Shown here: in pieces, positions 1-13,424 of the stretch
How the letters are laid out: every line of letters starts with the position of its first letter
How positions within the stretch are numbered: position 1 is the stretch's first letter
Source of the DNA: Octopus vulgaris
Taxonomy: Eukaryota
Assembly: GCA_951406725.2 (NCBI GenBank)
Contig: OX597821.1
Span: 25,606,001 to 25,670,000 of the forward strand
Length of the DNA: 64,000 bases
Reading direction: 5' to 3'
Position numbers and translations under genes: made by a program
Notes under the pieces: model-generated
Seen by the model: the letters and a program-made list of their open reading frames with translations, nothing else
Database searches by the model: none
What the model was told of the DNA's origin: nothing

Positions 1-609
1 GATAACAAGGATTAAGGGGGGAAGTAAACAAGAGACAACTTTATAGAGGAGGGGAGGGAGTTGAAGCAATAGACACAGAGGGGGAGTAGTAGTAAGAGTC
101 AATGATGAATGGAAAAAAAAAAAAAAAGTTTGGTTAAACAGTAAACTTTCACAAACTATGCAGACACACACACATACATTATATATACATAAATAATGTA
201 TGTATATATATATATATACACACGTGTTTGTGTCATACAGTGAGATGCTAAGAGAAGAGAAAGTGTAGGGTGGAAGAGTGGATAAAGAGCAATACAGAGC
301 TCACTGGGACCCCCACCCCACAATTCGCTACATGAAATAGAATAAGGCAATAGTAGTAATGTTAATTAGAGGATCACACATATATTGCAACGAAGGCACA
401 TGGGGTAGGATGAACACACAAGGAGAATGTGTTAACGAAGACACGCCATTGATATAAATATATATACACATGTACACTTCCATAAACTACTTGCCCTCCA
501 CAAACATCAGACCAGATACAGCGTAGAGGCTTCCATGCAGGCTAATATATACCATACATTCACAACAGACAAGACATTACCTCAGTATACACACACACGC
601 GAGCGATAT

Positions 610-1010
610 ACATGTGTTACATCACAAATACCTCTACACCGAGATCCATATATGGAGTAACAAACTGTGGGCTGACATCCTGTAGACAGATCACACTGTC
701 CAACACAGACCCACAACTTTGAGGAACATCACACATACTTACACCATGAAGTAAGATCAAAGGTCCACCCCATGGGGTAACACCACAGATCCACACCATG
801 AAGTAACATAATAGACCCACCTCCTGCAGTTACATCACACAGATCTACCCCAGATCCAAACCATAAGATTACAACACAGACCCACCTCCTGTTGTTGCAG
901 CACTAAGACCAACAGCCTATGTTTCCACCATACAGACATAGTGTTTACATCATACAAACCTACATTCTGGAGTTCAATACAGACCTGCACCCAGGGAATT
1001 ACATCACTGA
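610..1010. repeat. Degenerate minisatellite (TACATCACACAGATCCACACC-like units)
   Basis: Recurrent acatcacac/agacccacctcctg/caccatgaagta motifs at roughly 25-50 bp spacing. Confidence 0.5.
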
Positions 1011-1075
1011 TGTACCCAGTGAAGCTACATTATGTAGAGTGAGGGTTAAATATCCACACCCTACACTCTCTAGAC

Positions 1076-1291
1076 CAGTAGTTTTCAACTAGGGTTCTGC
1101 GGAACCTTAGGGTTCCGCCAGTACAGTCCAGGGGTTCCGCAAGTTACAAAACTGCTAAAATCGACAGTAATTTTTAATTCTCCAGTGCAGATATGTGTGC
1201 ATAAGACTATTAAATTATTGCACAGGGGTTCCTCGAGCCAGTGGAATGTTTCCTTGGGGTTCTGCTCCAGTAAAAAGTTTGAAAGGCACTG
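1076..1291. mobile_element. hAT (Charlie-like) MITE
   Basis: TIRs CAGTAGTTTTCAACT / AGTTTGAAAGGCACTG; perfect 8-bp TSD CTCTAGAC at 1068-1075 and 1292-1299; subterminal GGGTTC repeats. Confidence 0.9.
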
Positions 1292-2304
1292 CTCTAGACA
1301 CTAAAAGCACAAGGTTTACACAAACAAACTAGGGCCTACAGATCTAATGGATAAGTATTCATGGTGACACATCAGGCACACTCCACACTAGATATCACAT
1401 GTCAAAGTCACACACTGTACCAGACACACCAAGTCACCAAATACCTAGGTCACTGCCACAGCAGTTAACACAAGACAGTCACTACATTATCCAGTCACAC
1501 TCCACTTGTCACAAACATCAATACGAGTACATATTTCTCTAATACACAACACTTGAGTGAGGATGGTGGTATGGAAAGGTAACATAGGAAGTTGGTGGTT
1601 GCTGCTATTTAGACATGGACAAAATCATGATCAAGGGCATTCTAACCATGACCATAGACAAGAGTCGAATATTACACATTATACAACACTTTTCTTTTTC
1701 TTTTAAAAGATGATGCATGATTTTAGAGAGATCTGGCTACTATTTCTAGCAAGTTAAATCTCCTCCATAGGGTTAATGTTGATGTTTAATCCAGAGACAA
1801 CTCTGATAAAGCAGACAGACCTAAGATCAAAAAGCATAGCAGTCATGAACGTCCCATTGTTTTTTTTTCTTTACCTAACTGCAGGAATACACTACCTTAC
1901 ATGTTCCCTTTCTGAAATGCTAAGATATGCAATTTGAAAGGAGATTTTGTTTTTCATTTCTCAATTTGAGGGCCTATATAAGGATTCCCTCTCTGAATTA
2001 ATGTTGGTAGAATGTGAGAGATAAAGGTGACAGTGATCCTGTGATATAAAGATGGAGGGTTAGTGATGAAGGAGATGGATTAATGTGAAACTTAAAGAAG
2101 GGTAGAATGGGATGGAGAACAGATAGTGAAGGAGATCAGAATAGTTTATGTTGAAGCCACGGCAATGAGGTATATCTAATCTCTGCACACTACACACAAC
2201 CATTACAGACATTACACAAATTCATCATTTCATATACGCACACTATCATATATTAATAACATGTACCAGATACAGAAAATACATATACATACACTATAAA
2301 CATT

Positions 2305-2339
<35 letters not shown>

Positions 2340-2865
2340 GAAAACACCCCACAATGCAATACATAAATCCAACATGTGCATGCAGCGATACATAAACACT
2401 ACACAATACAAGACTTCACATAACCCACGCACTCTCATAAAGCACTGCTCTCCACAAATATATACACTCTATACACAGTGACCAGAGTTTGATGTATAAT
2501 ACATACACATTAAGACTAAGATTGTAAAAATATATACACACACACACACACAACAGTGATCAGATATGCAATATGTCTATCATACATTCACTTTACATGC
2601 ATACATGTATAGAGTATACATGCATGCACACAACAATCATGTTAAATATTAAACACAATAAAACATATACACACTGATCAGAGTAGCTATAGATTCCATA
2701 CATACATATATATTATACCAACTCAGAGATTCTACACAGTAATCACGGTTTACAATACACATGCACACACTAAAGACATCCGCTACACAAATTGAGATTT
2801 ACAATATATAACAAATATACATATACACACAATAAGGTTGGTTATATACATATATATACACTTAC

Positions 2866-2927
2866 CACCACCATGAATGTAAAAATCCCGGAGGTTCACC
2901 TAATGTAATATTTTTTTCCCATCGAAT
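2866..2927 (-). CDS. SSBP3: SSBP/Ssdp coding exon 3 ([20 protein letters not shown] + TG)
   Basis: The minus strand reads ttctgtttcag|ATT CGA TGG GAA AAA AAT ... TCA TGG TGG TG|gtaagt. The exon is 62 nt and continues the LUFS domain. The expected next exon (VFWDLY...) was not seen in 1-2865, so the gene continues beyond the window start. Confidence 0.97.
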
Positions 2928-3136
2928 CTGAAACAGAAATTGGTAGAATGAGTTACAAGGCACAGATTGTGTGATGTTGTGGCCTGCATGCCTTTACCAC
3001 AGGACAGACAGTCCAACTTTGACAGGGAAGCATGTACAATTGAGGAAAGCAACTACAATGTTTCACTGGTACTTACTAACACCACTTATCAGATTAAAAT
3101 CATAGGAAATAGTAAGGCGTGGGATTTCACCTAACT

Positions 3137-3446
3137 CAGTGGTTCTCAACCATTTTCTATCTATGGACCCCTACGATTACTGTTCTATTCCGCTAGACCC
3201 CATAGCCATTTGATGTTTAAAAACTCTTTTTATAGACACTTCTTTCAAAATTCCTATTTTGTCTTTCATATATTGCATGGGTTGAACGATGTAAAACGTT
3301 TAAGAAATTTAGATGGTTCTGGCAATAGATACATCTAAAGCAAAATTTTTTCATGCACCCTTAATATACTACTGTGAGTCCTTAATTTACTACTTTAGTT
3401 GCATGAACCCTAAAAATCTTACATGGACTTTGATTGAGGACCACTG
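3137..3446. mobile_element. hAT MITE (older)
   Basis: TIRs CAGTGGTTCTCAACC / GATTGAGGACCACTG; imperfect 8-bp TSD acctaact / atctagct. Confidence 0.75.
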
Positions 3447-4819
3447 ATCTAGCTAGCTCTTGTAGTTGTTTTTACTAACTCCTATTCACCAATTTCTATT
3501 TTGGAGTCAATTCCAAGCAGGGATTGATTTACATGTTTCAAACCCCGATTAACCCTTTTGTTACCATTTTTGTTGAAATATGATGCCTTAGCTTCAATCA
3601 ATTTTGAAAATAAGGAAGAATTAGTAAAACAACTTGTCATAAATTAAGCTGGTGATCAGAACAAAAATTAACTTCAAATTTTAATGAAAAGTTTAAATTT
3701 AGATCACAGACAAAAAAAAAGTTAATCATCATTTTAGTGTCCACGTTTCCAAGCTTACATAGATCACACAGAATCCACTGGGACATATTTTCCATGGCCG
3801 AATGCACTTACAGGTCGCTTTCACCAGTTTCCAAGCAAGGTAATATTTCCCCATGGCTGGACATGTTTTCATGGCAGATTGGAAACAAAGGATGAAGGAC
3901 ACCGCTTGTGCCACTGTCACACAAGAGGTGACACTCGTTTACAGCCTTTGAGCCATGCCAACAAGGAAATACAAACACACATATGTATATAGAACAGGTT
4001 TCTCTCAAGATCCATCTACGAAATCCACTTACAACAAGACTTTAGCTGGCCCAAGGCTACAGTAGTATAACACTTGCCAAAAGGTGCCATGCAATAGAAT
4101 CATATAGTCATGCCTGCATTTATGTTATAAAAGAAAAGAATGCACCAATATTTTTGTCACCAATCCATGACAATATGGACCCTACAACTAGACAGAAGAT
4201 ATGTATTATTAACAGTATTTAGGAATGTAACCAGAAAACAAAACATGACTCACAACTGGTGAGTGTGGCTATAGGCTTTAATAGGACTTTCTCCAAATGT
4301 AAAGAATATTAAAAAGACAAATTAAAAGGGCTGTTTCAAAGTCACTATGATGATATTTGATGACTGTTAGTAATGGAGTTGGTGTTCAACTGCAAGTTGC
4401 TCTGACTGAGCAAACTTATGTTCAAAAGCATTCCAATCATAATCATCCTGTCTTCTATTCAGATGTAAGTGTATCTAGGACAATATTATCTAATGTGTCC
4501 CTCCTTAAATATGGCAAGTTGGTAGACATCATTGCCTGGTTTAACACTGGTCATCTAGCCCTTAGCTGCCTTTATTAGAGTCCACTGTGTTGCACTCATT
4601 CAGGGCCAGGCTTCCAGTATGAGGATAAATTCTTTTCCACAGTAACGAAGGGCCCCTAACAAGGGTCATGGGCACTTCTCTTCCTTCTCTGACTAAGCCC
4701 TTAACAAAAAAGAAAAGAAAAACAAAATGAAACATGGCTGCTATTTCCAGCAAGCCGAATGACTGTAGATGTTTTTGTGTTGGCAGTGATGGAGGTGATT
4801 CAGAAACTACCAGCCGGAG

Positions 4820-5870
4820 CATCGTTACCAGGTGATAACTAAGTAATGGCCAGTAGAAACTAGATGATGATCATGTGGTAAAGTACTGACCATAATAAGT
4901 AAAGGACTGAGTGAAGACCCAGATGTGAAGTTAAAGATCAGATTAGATGACCAAGTGAGAAAAGAGTAAGTGGTAAAGACCCGGGGTAGATGACTGGGTG
5001 AGAACCAATTAAAGACAGATGAGACAATGGACGGAGACCAAGTAATGAGAACAGTAGAGGCCATAGGTAGATGAGCAAGTAAGAATCATGTTGTAAAAAT
5101 AGTACAGACCATGTGCAGATAATAAAGGAAGTAGAAACCAAATGAGAACCAATGTTGCAAAGAATGATCTTTCATGTAGCTAACAAGAAAGGAACCATGC
5201 AATAAAGAAAAGGAAGAGACTTTGGGTAGATGACCCAGAAAAAACCATGTGGTAAAACAGGTTGCTGTTTGTTTCTAGTTCAACACTAACCAAACAGTCT
5301 TATGATCAAAGACATTCAAAGAACTAATCCATGTTATATATAAAACTAATCTGTTAATGCCATGTCCTTATATAAGACTGTAGAGTGTGATTTGAAGATT
5401 TGGCTGCTAATTCTAGCAGATTGAGTGACTATATGGTGACTTTTTCACTGGCTCATGGTGAAGAAAGATCTATGGTTAGATGACCAGATCCATGTTGTAA
5501 GAAGGCACAGATTACAACTAGATAACCAGGTGGGAACCATGTGATAGAGATTACGGGCAGATGACCAAAAGACTATGGTAAAACAGGCAAAGACCAGAGA
5601 GATTATGGGCAGTTACCAAAGTGAACCAGGAGGAGACCATGTGGTAAAACAGACATCATAGTTATATGAGCAACTGACGACCATGTTGCACACATAGATA
5701 CCATGAGCAGATGACCAACCAGCTGAGAATCACTCTGTAAACAGAGACTGGATGGGAAAGGTAAGCAGCTGAGGGCTATGTGCTAAATATGGGGACCTGA
5801 GATTGATGAGCAGCCAAGGATCGCATAGTGAAACATGATAGAGAGCAAAGACAGATGACCCCAGCGAGAA
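4820..5870. repeat. Degenerate ~45-50 bp tandem repeat (GTAGATGACC...AACCATGTGGTAAA)
   Basis: About ten or more diverged units of agatgacc / ccatgtggtaaa adjacent to SSBP exon 2. Confidence 0.65.
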
Positions 5871-5912
5871 ACAAATGTAAGGATGTGTGCCACAAATACA
5901 ATTTATACTTAC

Positions 5913-5985
5913 TTCTGATAAAAACGTCTGTGCACTTTTCTGAGCTCCAACATGTAGTAAATATTCATAGACATATAACGCTAAC
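5913..5985 (-). CDS. SSBP3: SSBP/Ssdp coding exon 2 ([25 protein letters not shown]; LisH/LUFS domain)
   Basis: The minus strand reads ttgcaatttcag|G TTA GCG TTA TAT GTC TAT GAA ... TTA TCA GAA|gtaagt. The exon is 73 nt, phase 2 to 0, and the peptide is the conserved LisH motif of SSBP/Ssdp. Confidence 0.97.
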
Positions 5986-6091
5986 CTGAAATTGCAAGAA
6001 AGTGGTTTATATTTATACTGGCAAAATCAAACATGAAAAAAAATTAATCTGCTGGAAAAATAAAGTAGTAGATGTGTGCATGTGTATATAG

Positions 6092-6132
<41 letters not shown>

Positions 6133-7858
6133 CATAAGTAAGCAAAGTTTTGGAGGGAGGGGTGTATATATACACAGAAACAACTAGGCAAGAATATACA
6201 CACATCTATAGATGTATACAAGTGTTTATTTTCTTGACAGAACACATGCAGATATACACACACACACACACATGTATAATACATATACACATACGTATAC
6301 ATGTACATGCATCTACATAAACACACATGCACACATATACATACACACACAAATATTTTATTGAGAACACAAGCATACTATTATTATTGTAGTAGTAGTA
6401 GTAGTCAAGAGCAGTGAATGGTGGTGTTTGCCACATGTTTATAGCTGAAGTATTTCAAATGTTAAATGCTAAGACATGTTTGGACAGTTGTGGTAGGGGC
6501 TAACATCTTATGGGGTGGTTTATGAAAGGGATGTGAGGGTAATGTTACTGCTGGGGAGGAAGGAGAGAAAAACTGGACGGTACTTCTTTGGCAAGGGGAT
6601 AACGTTTGAAGATTAATAACAGACGATGTTTAGTCTCAGGTCAGATCTGATGAAGCAGACCTAGGCGTTCCACTCGTGACTACCCTGTGTATTAAGACAG
6701 TATATCTAAACTACACTTTCCGATGTGTTCTTTCTTTAAAAAAAAAAAGAGAAAAGACTAGCTTGTGATTTGAAGATTTTACTATTATTTCTAGCATTTA
6801 GAATGACCAGGCAGAGGCCATATAGGGCAACAATGTAAAACAAAGAGGTGAATAGGAAGAAATAAAAATGGGTCACAATTAAGAGGAATAATGATTATAA
6901 TACGGCTGGGCACGAATAAAGGAAAAGGATAAGAATTATAGCGAGGGCTAACAAGCAAGGAAAAGAATGTAATACATATGAAAACGAGAGAAGTTAATCA
7001 GGGAAGATGGTTTAACACAAGTGGGATAACAAGATTAGTACAAACTTTAATGCAAAAAAAGCTGAAGGTGCAACTGGGCACACTTTTAACCAGTAAGGTA
7101 GGTGGTGTACAGTAAAGTTTTTAAACATAACAAATAAGGGGTAAAAGAAGACAGAGTAACAAGGAGAATGGAGAGGAAAATTAAAAAGAGATTTAACACA
7201 TGCTGGGTAGGGATAACAACATAATTAAAACGTGGAGGTAGAGAGAGGATAGGAATATGAAGAAAAGGCGGGGTAACAATAATAGGATGTTAAAGAAAGG
7301 GATAACACTAGGGTTGGTTGGCTTTCAACTTATATTTATTGTATCTTAGAAATGGGAAAACAGAGAGAGAGAGAGAGAAAATAGACAGACATGGAAGAAA
7401 AGTGCTAAATAATAGAAGTAGTGCAACAACAATAACGACAAGAGAAATAATAACAAAGACAGCAGCAGCAGCAGCAGTAACAACAAGATGTGGTGGAGGG
7501 GGAAGAGGAGGAGAGAGACTGAGTAAAATTTTGGGAGGGAAATAGAAATTTCAGATATTAGTCAGTGTTTTAGTGTCTGTCTGTGTGTCCTAGTAATGGT
7601 CACTGTATATATATAATGTACGCGTATGTATACACACACACTAAGTGTTTGTGTGTGTATATATATATATATATACATGCACACATACAAACGTGTAGGG
7701 TGGTCATGTATATATATATATATATATATATGCACACATATAAACGTGTAGGGTGGTCAGACTATCTAATTGAGGTCTGTGTGCGTATTTGATGAGGTGG
7801 TGTAGTAAGTATATTTTGACTGTGTATGTGGTGTTAGTGAGGTTGAGTATATATATAC

Positions 7859-7908
<50 letters not shown>

Positions 7909-8362
7909 TGAGGGATGAGACAGCGTGTATGTTGTGGTTTAACTTCCAGGTCAACCCTGAACAAGCAGGCCGATGATCAAAAGCATTCCAGCCATGACAA
8001 TCCCATATTTTGAGAGTTAGCGCATTGTCTAGATCCCTTTTCCTTGTACATCAGCAGATTGTGGTTGAAGGGGTGTTCAGTTACTATTTCTAGCACGTTC
8101 AGTGACCATGCAGATCCTCCTGTTGGAAGAGAGAGAGGATGCGAGGCAGATATGTCGTTAGCCTCAGGTCAGCTCGATCAAGCAAATCTTATTGATCAAA
8201 GGCATTCCTCTCGTAACTAACCCATCTTTTTCGTAAATGCAGGGAACCCAAGTGTCCACATTTTTAAGAAGTTAGGAGAACATGAGCTATTTTGCTATTT
8301 TCTAGCAGGTCGAGTAACACAAAAATCTTCAGTGTGTACATGGTACACTGAAGCTGTGTGTG

Positions 8363-8433
<71 letters not shown>

Positions 8434-8474
8434 TTGATGTATTGAGGTTATGTGAATATGAACTGAAAACTGTG

Positions 8475-8510
<36 letters not shown>

Positions 8511-11231
8511 ATCGTTTGTAAAAAAACAAATCCGAAAGAAGCACAGAAAGATGCAGTACATATTAAAAATGGGGAAGGCCGGTTTTATGGGATTACTTAG
8601 GCTTCCCGTCCATTAAGGGTTTAGCTATATATGCTGTGTGAGTACCAGTTGTAATGAAGCTGTGTATATGAGGAGTAATGAAGGCTTGTATACATGGTAT
8701 ACTGAGGCTGGGCTGTGTGTACGTAAGTGAAATGATGAGGTCGTGTGGTACTGTGATGCTATGTGTAAAAGATGAAGTGAGTCTGTGCTTATTTATATAT
8801 GTGTATATATATATATATATACATGGCATAGTGTGTAACGTGGGAATTTGGTACTTAGTGAGGCCTAAGTGAGTACGTGATACGATGGGATTCAGTCAAA
8901 AGTGGTGGTGTGGTTTTGTTGTTTAAATCTGTGGTTGTATGTTGTGACTCCGTCCCAAGTTAACTGTGACTGAGCAAACCTATATATAATCAAAGGCCAC
9001 TCCAGTCGCGACCATCCTCTTCGTTTAGGGATATCTACGACTACTTTATTCAATGTGTTCTTTTCTTTATTTAAACTATTAGGGAGTCATTTTGATGGGT
9101 ATTTGACTGCTGTTACTAAACAGGTCAAGTTGTACCAGATAGAGTCTCTGGTTGGCTCGTGTTTGCTGTACATATACTGAAGTGATTTGCCTATTGTGTA
9201 TATTTCAGGGAGCAGGAATTCCCGATGGCATTTGGCTGCTATTTCTAACAAGATGAGCTACAGAGTATCGGTTTCCTCCTGACCCAGGCAAATGTGTATA
9301 CATAGGCAGCGTTGTTTAACACTAGGTCAACCATGATCGAGTAAAACCAATGATCAAGAAGTACTCCAGTCGCAACCATATATCCTTTTGTATACCCAAT
9401 GCATGCCTCATTTTAGCATGGCAGAATGTGACCGAGGCGGGATTTGGGTCCTACTTTTTGCAAGTCGACTGACCGCCTAAAGCCTCTTTCGTTTGCTTGT
9501 GTGATGTCAGAATCGTGTTGTTTATAGCCCCAGGTAAGCATGTAATGAGGAGACCAATGATCAGAAAAAAAACATTCCATTCACAACCACTCCATCTTTA
9601 TTTTTTTGTTTCTCCAGACATAAATATACCTTGGACAACATTATTCAATGTCTGTTTTTTACTAATTTTCAACGCAGAGGGGAATAATTTAAGGTTGGTG
9701 TCTCATGGCTAATTCTGGCAAGTCGAGCCACCATATAATCTCCGGCTTACAAGCGAAGCTGTGTTTGTTATATGTATGTAGTGTTGTGAAGCCGGCTGTA
9801 TGTATGTGTTTATACATGTGGTGTTATGAGACCGGTTGTAATGTATGTACATGCAATGTGACTGAGAGTGTGTACATGTGTGCGTATTGAGAAGTTTTAT
9901 TTGTGGTGACCGTAAAGGACCGCTTCTTTTATAATTTCATTGTTGGGTGCCGCCACTAGCAAGAACAGCCAGGGTTTTCCCCCCTCCAATTGCTAAGCAG
10001 CCGTTTGTTACCCCTTTTCTCTGGACATACAAAAACATCCATCAATAAATAAATCCCTTCAAATACTTGACCCTCCAAACTGCAGCACTTTATTTAATCA
10101 ACATGGAAATAATTAACTTGATTACAACCACCATAGCCCTGTTTGAAAAAAAAATACACACCTTTATATACATAGGGGCATTCATTCATAGCGGAATAAG
10201 ATTACCAACCACCAAACCAACGTGTATCATCCTGAGTCTAATGAAGAACACCACAGTATATTACTGGTACTTAACTTCGCTAACATACACACGTAGACGA
10301 TTAAGAGTGAAGTTTCAAACCACAGCATTGAATTCAGAAATAAAACTCGTTTGGGTCTTTTTCACTAAAGCTATAGGCTCGGTGGTGAGGTCTGCTCTCC
10401 ATACAGGAACAAGAGATTTATATGGGATGGACAGATACAACGTTGTAAGTGTCGATGTCCTTCTTTTAGAGTTTATAATACCTATCATATGAAGTGAAAC
10501 TGAACCGACAATCTCGGCTTAATTTCATTTCATTATATTAATGCAGTAAAATTATTTTTGATTAGACCCAAGGAACAGAGGGAATAGAATCAATTCTGGT
10601 TTGTATATTAATACAAACTTTATAGATATGAAATAAGAATAAAAATGGTAGATGGTTAGAAAGAGTAAATAGGGTCAGATAGGGGCCCCCTGGAATCCTG
10701 AAAGAAAAGCTCACGATTCAATGTTGTATGTTAAAGTAACTTAAGACCCGGGCTATAAATTAATGAATGAGGGGGGGAAGAATGGGTAGTAAATAAACAA
10801 ATAAAGAAGTTAAGATCGTCAGGTGGTTCATTTTAGAAAGGTGAAGGAGGTTTAATTAAAAGAAAAACCCTTGGCTACATGTGTGTTTTGTGTATTTACC
10901 CTAAATGCCGAGATCCTACCCTAGCTCCACAAAACCTGCGAAACGAAGAGCTTCGGTCCCGGAGGATACATATAAACAAACGTGCTACATACAGACATGT
11001 CGAATACAACAACAATAACCATCATAACAATAACAACAAACAGCAAAGTGGAACAAGAAATTAAAGACATCGAAACATGGAGCGAAGACATGAGAGAGAG
11101 GAGGGAGGGAGGACGAAAAGAGATCGAGGAATGAGAGCGAGAGAGAGAGAAGAGGAGTGAGAGAGAGAAAGAAGAGGTAATGATGATGATAATAATAATA
11201 GTGGTGGCGGTGTGGTTGTAGTAGTACTTAC

Positions 11232-11287
11232 TTTTCCCTAGCTTGAGCATCAGACGGCACTGTAGAGCCTTTCCCTTTGGCGTACAT
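11232..11287 (-). CDS. SSBP3: SSBP2/3/4 (Ssdp) single-stranded DNA-binding protein, coding exon 1 (MYAKGKGSTVPSDAQARE + AA)
   Basis: The minus strand reads caagcATGTACGCCAAAGGGAAAGGCTCTACAGTGCCGTCTGATGCTCAAGCTAGGGAAAA|gtaagt. This is the recognisable Ssdp/SSBP N-terminus, with a canonical donor in phase 2 that joins exon 2 in frame. The invertebrate gene is co-orthologous to SSBP2/3/4, so the symbol is approximate. Confidence 0.96.
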
Positions 11288-11500
11288 GCTTGTAGCTGAA
11301 GTGTCACGGCACCTGTCAAGCCATCAAGGACGACACTGACCCCGTTGCCTTGCCAACGTCAAGGAGAGCTGTCAAAAGGCAAGTTACGATTGGGTAGTTA
11401 ATTATAGTAACTTTGGAGCACCTTGAAACAGTCGGCTACGATATCATGTGCTGCTAGACTGACAAAGGCTGATTGGCGCTCAGCCAATTATCTGCCACTT
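11288..11500 (-). promoter_or_regulatory. SSBP 5'UTR and proximal promoter
   Basis: Unique, CpG-containing sequence directly upstream of the SSBP ATG. CCAAT boxes lie at 11389-11393, 11472-11476 and 11484-11488 (the last two an inverted pair). TGACAG (TALE/Meis-type) motifs lie at 11313-11318 and 11369-11374. Confidence 0.6.
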
Positions 11501-12731
11501 CATCCCCCAACACATACATACAACTACACTTACACTCTCCTCTTCCACAGCTTTACCCCTCTCTATAAAATATGTATCAACTTCCTTTCTAACTACGTCA
11601 TTCCTCCATCTACTCCTCTTTCTTTCTCTCTCGCTCTCTACATATGGTTTTTTAATAAACACCCACACTCTTTCCTCCCCTTCTATACAACTTACCTCTT
11701 TCTATACACGTACACACTGCTCTCACTCCACCTTCTACTCTATCACTCCTCCCCTTCGCCTGCATACCCTCTCTAAATAAATACAAGTACACACTCCTTT
11801 TTTATGTCATATTTACTCCACCTACTACTCTCTGCCCTTCATAAGCAACGCACTCTCTATTAAATTCTTACACGCTTCTATCGCTTACTCAGTCTCCTTC
11901 GTCTAACCAATTACTCTCTTTCTCTCTATCACTCATACCACCACTCTTCTCCTATACACATAAGCAATACACACAGATGTAGACACTAGAACTACAGCAC
12001 ACACACACATGCCTATACACACAAGTATTAAAATGACACTCACACACACACTATTAACACATGTATTTACGATACACACACATATGTTCTTAGACAGAGA
12101 GCGGGGTGACATACACATACATACTCTTACTTTGCCCCTCTCTCACTGCTCCATACACGCAGCGAAGGGGAGAGAGCACGTAGAATAAAATATTTTCCTT
12201 CGTTAAGTGAATAAAATACAATTACGTATTCCATGTGAAGAAGGGGGGGAGAGAGAAAACAGTATTATCATCATTATTATTATCATTATTAAAAATGTAA
12301 GAAATCATTATTTTCACCGTTAATATTATTAATGTAGAAGTGCCGCATGACGACTTCTGGTCTCTGATCGAGCCTCAACAAACGACATCACCCTTGTCAT
12401 TAAACAATATCGTTTGCCACATCAATGCAATATTTACTGGACTTATTTCAACTTAATTATTTTTCTCCACTGCAGAAAAAAAAAAAAAAAGGCAAAGCCA
12501 AAAAAAAAAATATATACGAAATAGGAATTCAAAAAATATTTGGAAAAGTTTTTTTTTTTTTTTTTTTACTCGGTTGCCAGCATAATTCGAACTTACACCC
12601 TCTTCCTGTGAAATATATATAAAATATGAGTGAAGAACTAATCTTTATTAACCCTCTTTTAGTAACTTTTATATTTTCAATTAAGATGTGCTTGCACAAG
12701 CTTTACGCACAAATATACCTTTAAATGAGTA

Positions 12732-12774
<43 letters not shown>

Positions 12775-13424
12775 TATACATACAGTAATACTTAATATTT
12801 ACACATACAAATATACGTATATGCGTGTATACACTTATATATATATATATATGTATAACGAGTATATAGCTTCAGCATGCGGTTTTATACATATACACAG
12901 TAAGACTATAATATCTTTCTACATGTGTTGTAAATTCAAGTGTTTTGGGATGTATTTTATGTTGTTACTAATTATTAGTATTTACGACAGATTTGGTGCA
13001 ACTTTCTCCATATATACAGAGAGAGATGCTAACTGTTTAATTTCAGCCAGAACTGGTTGGATCAATGAAGAAAATTTAAATAATAAAAGCTTTCAGCAGT
13101 TGACCTATATTTACAGAGACTCCACGGACTGAATAGAGGCGGGGTACCTTGAAACTGCTGGCTCTAGACGATTCCTATAAGAGAGGGAAGGGATGCCAAC
13201 ATGACTTGTAATTCACTACACTTACTATTTACTGGCCACGGGAAATCTGTCTCTCGCTTAATTCAACAGCAAATAAAATTATTTACTAATATATATTGTA
13301 TGTTTAATATATTTTGCATTACAGTAGTCGTTTTTAGCCCGGTGCTGCGACAGTTCTACAACCTAACCCACCTAGAAGGAAAAGGGGTTTCCCTAAGTCC
13401 GGTCCATTGTAGATCCATGAAGTG

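Larger units (their letters stand above)
1600..9740 (+). repeat. Cluster of ~12 diverged copies of a ~190 bp interspersed repeat (GTTTA..CAGGTCA..CTGA..AGCAGACC.ATGATCAAAGGCATTCCAG ... GATTTGGCTGCTATTTCTAGCAG)
   Basis: Copies or fragments near 1600, 1785, 4380, 4733, 5266, 6627, 7937, 8155, 8955, 9228, 9313 and 9519, all in the same orientation; one further copy at ~58200-58360. Confidence 0.75.

Noticed and set aside
4820-5870. Repeat-spacer appearance suggestive of CRISPR
   Set aside because: The context is a eukaryotic intron, the units are highly degenerate and irregular, and there are no cas genes.
10067-10492. 141-aa plus-strand ORF
   Set aside because: It has a non-ATG start, no recognisable motif and lies antisense within SSBP intron 1.
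10921-11319. 132-aa ORF overlapping the SSBP start
   Set aside because: Wrong frame; the true exon is 11232-11287 in another frame and ends at a GT donor.
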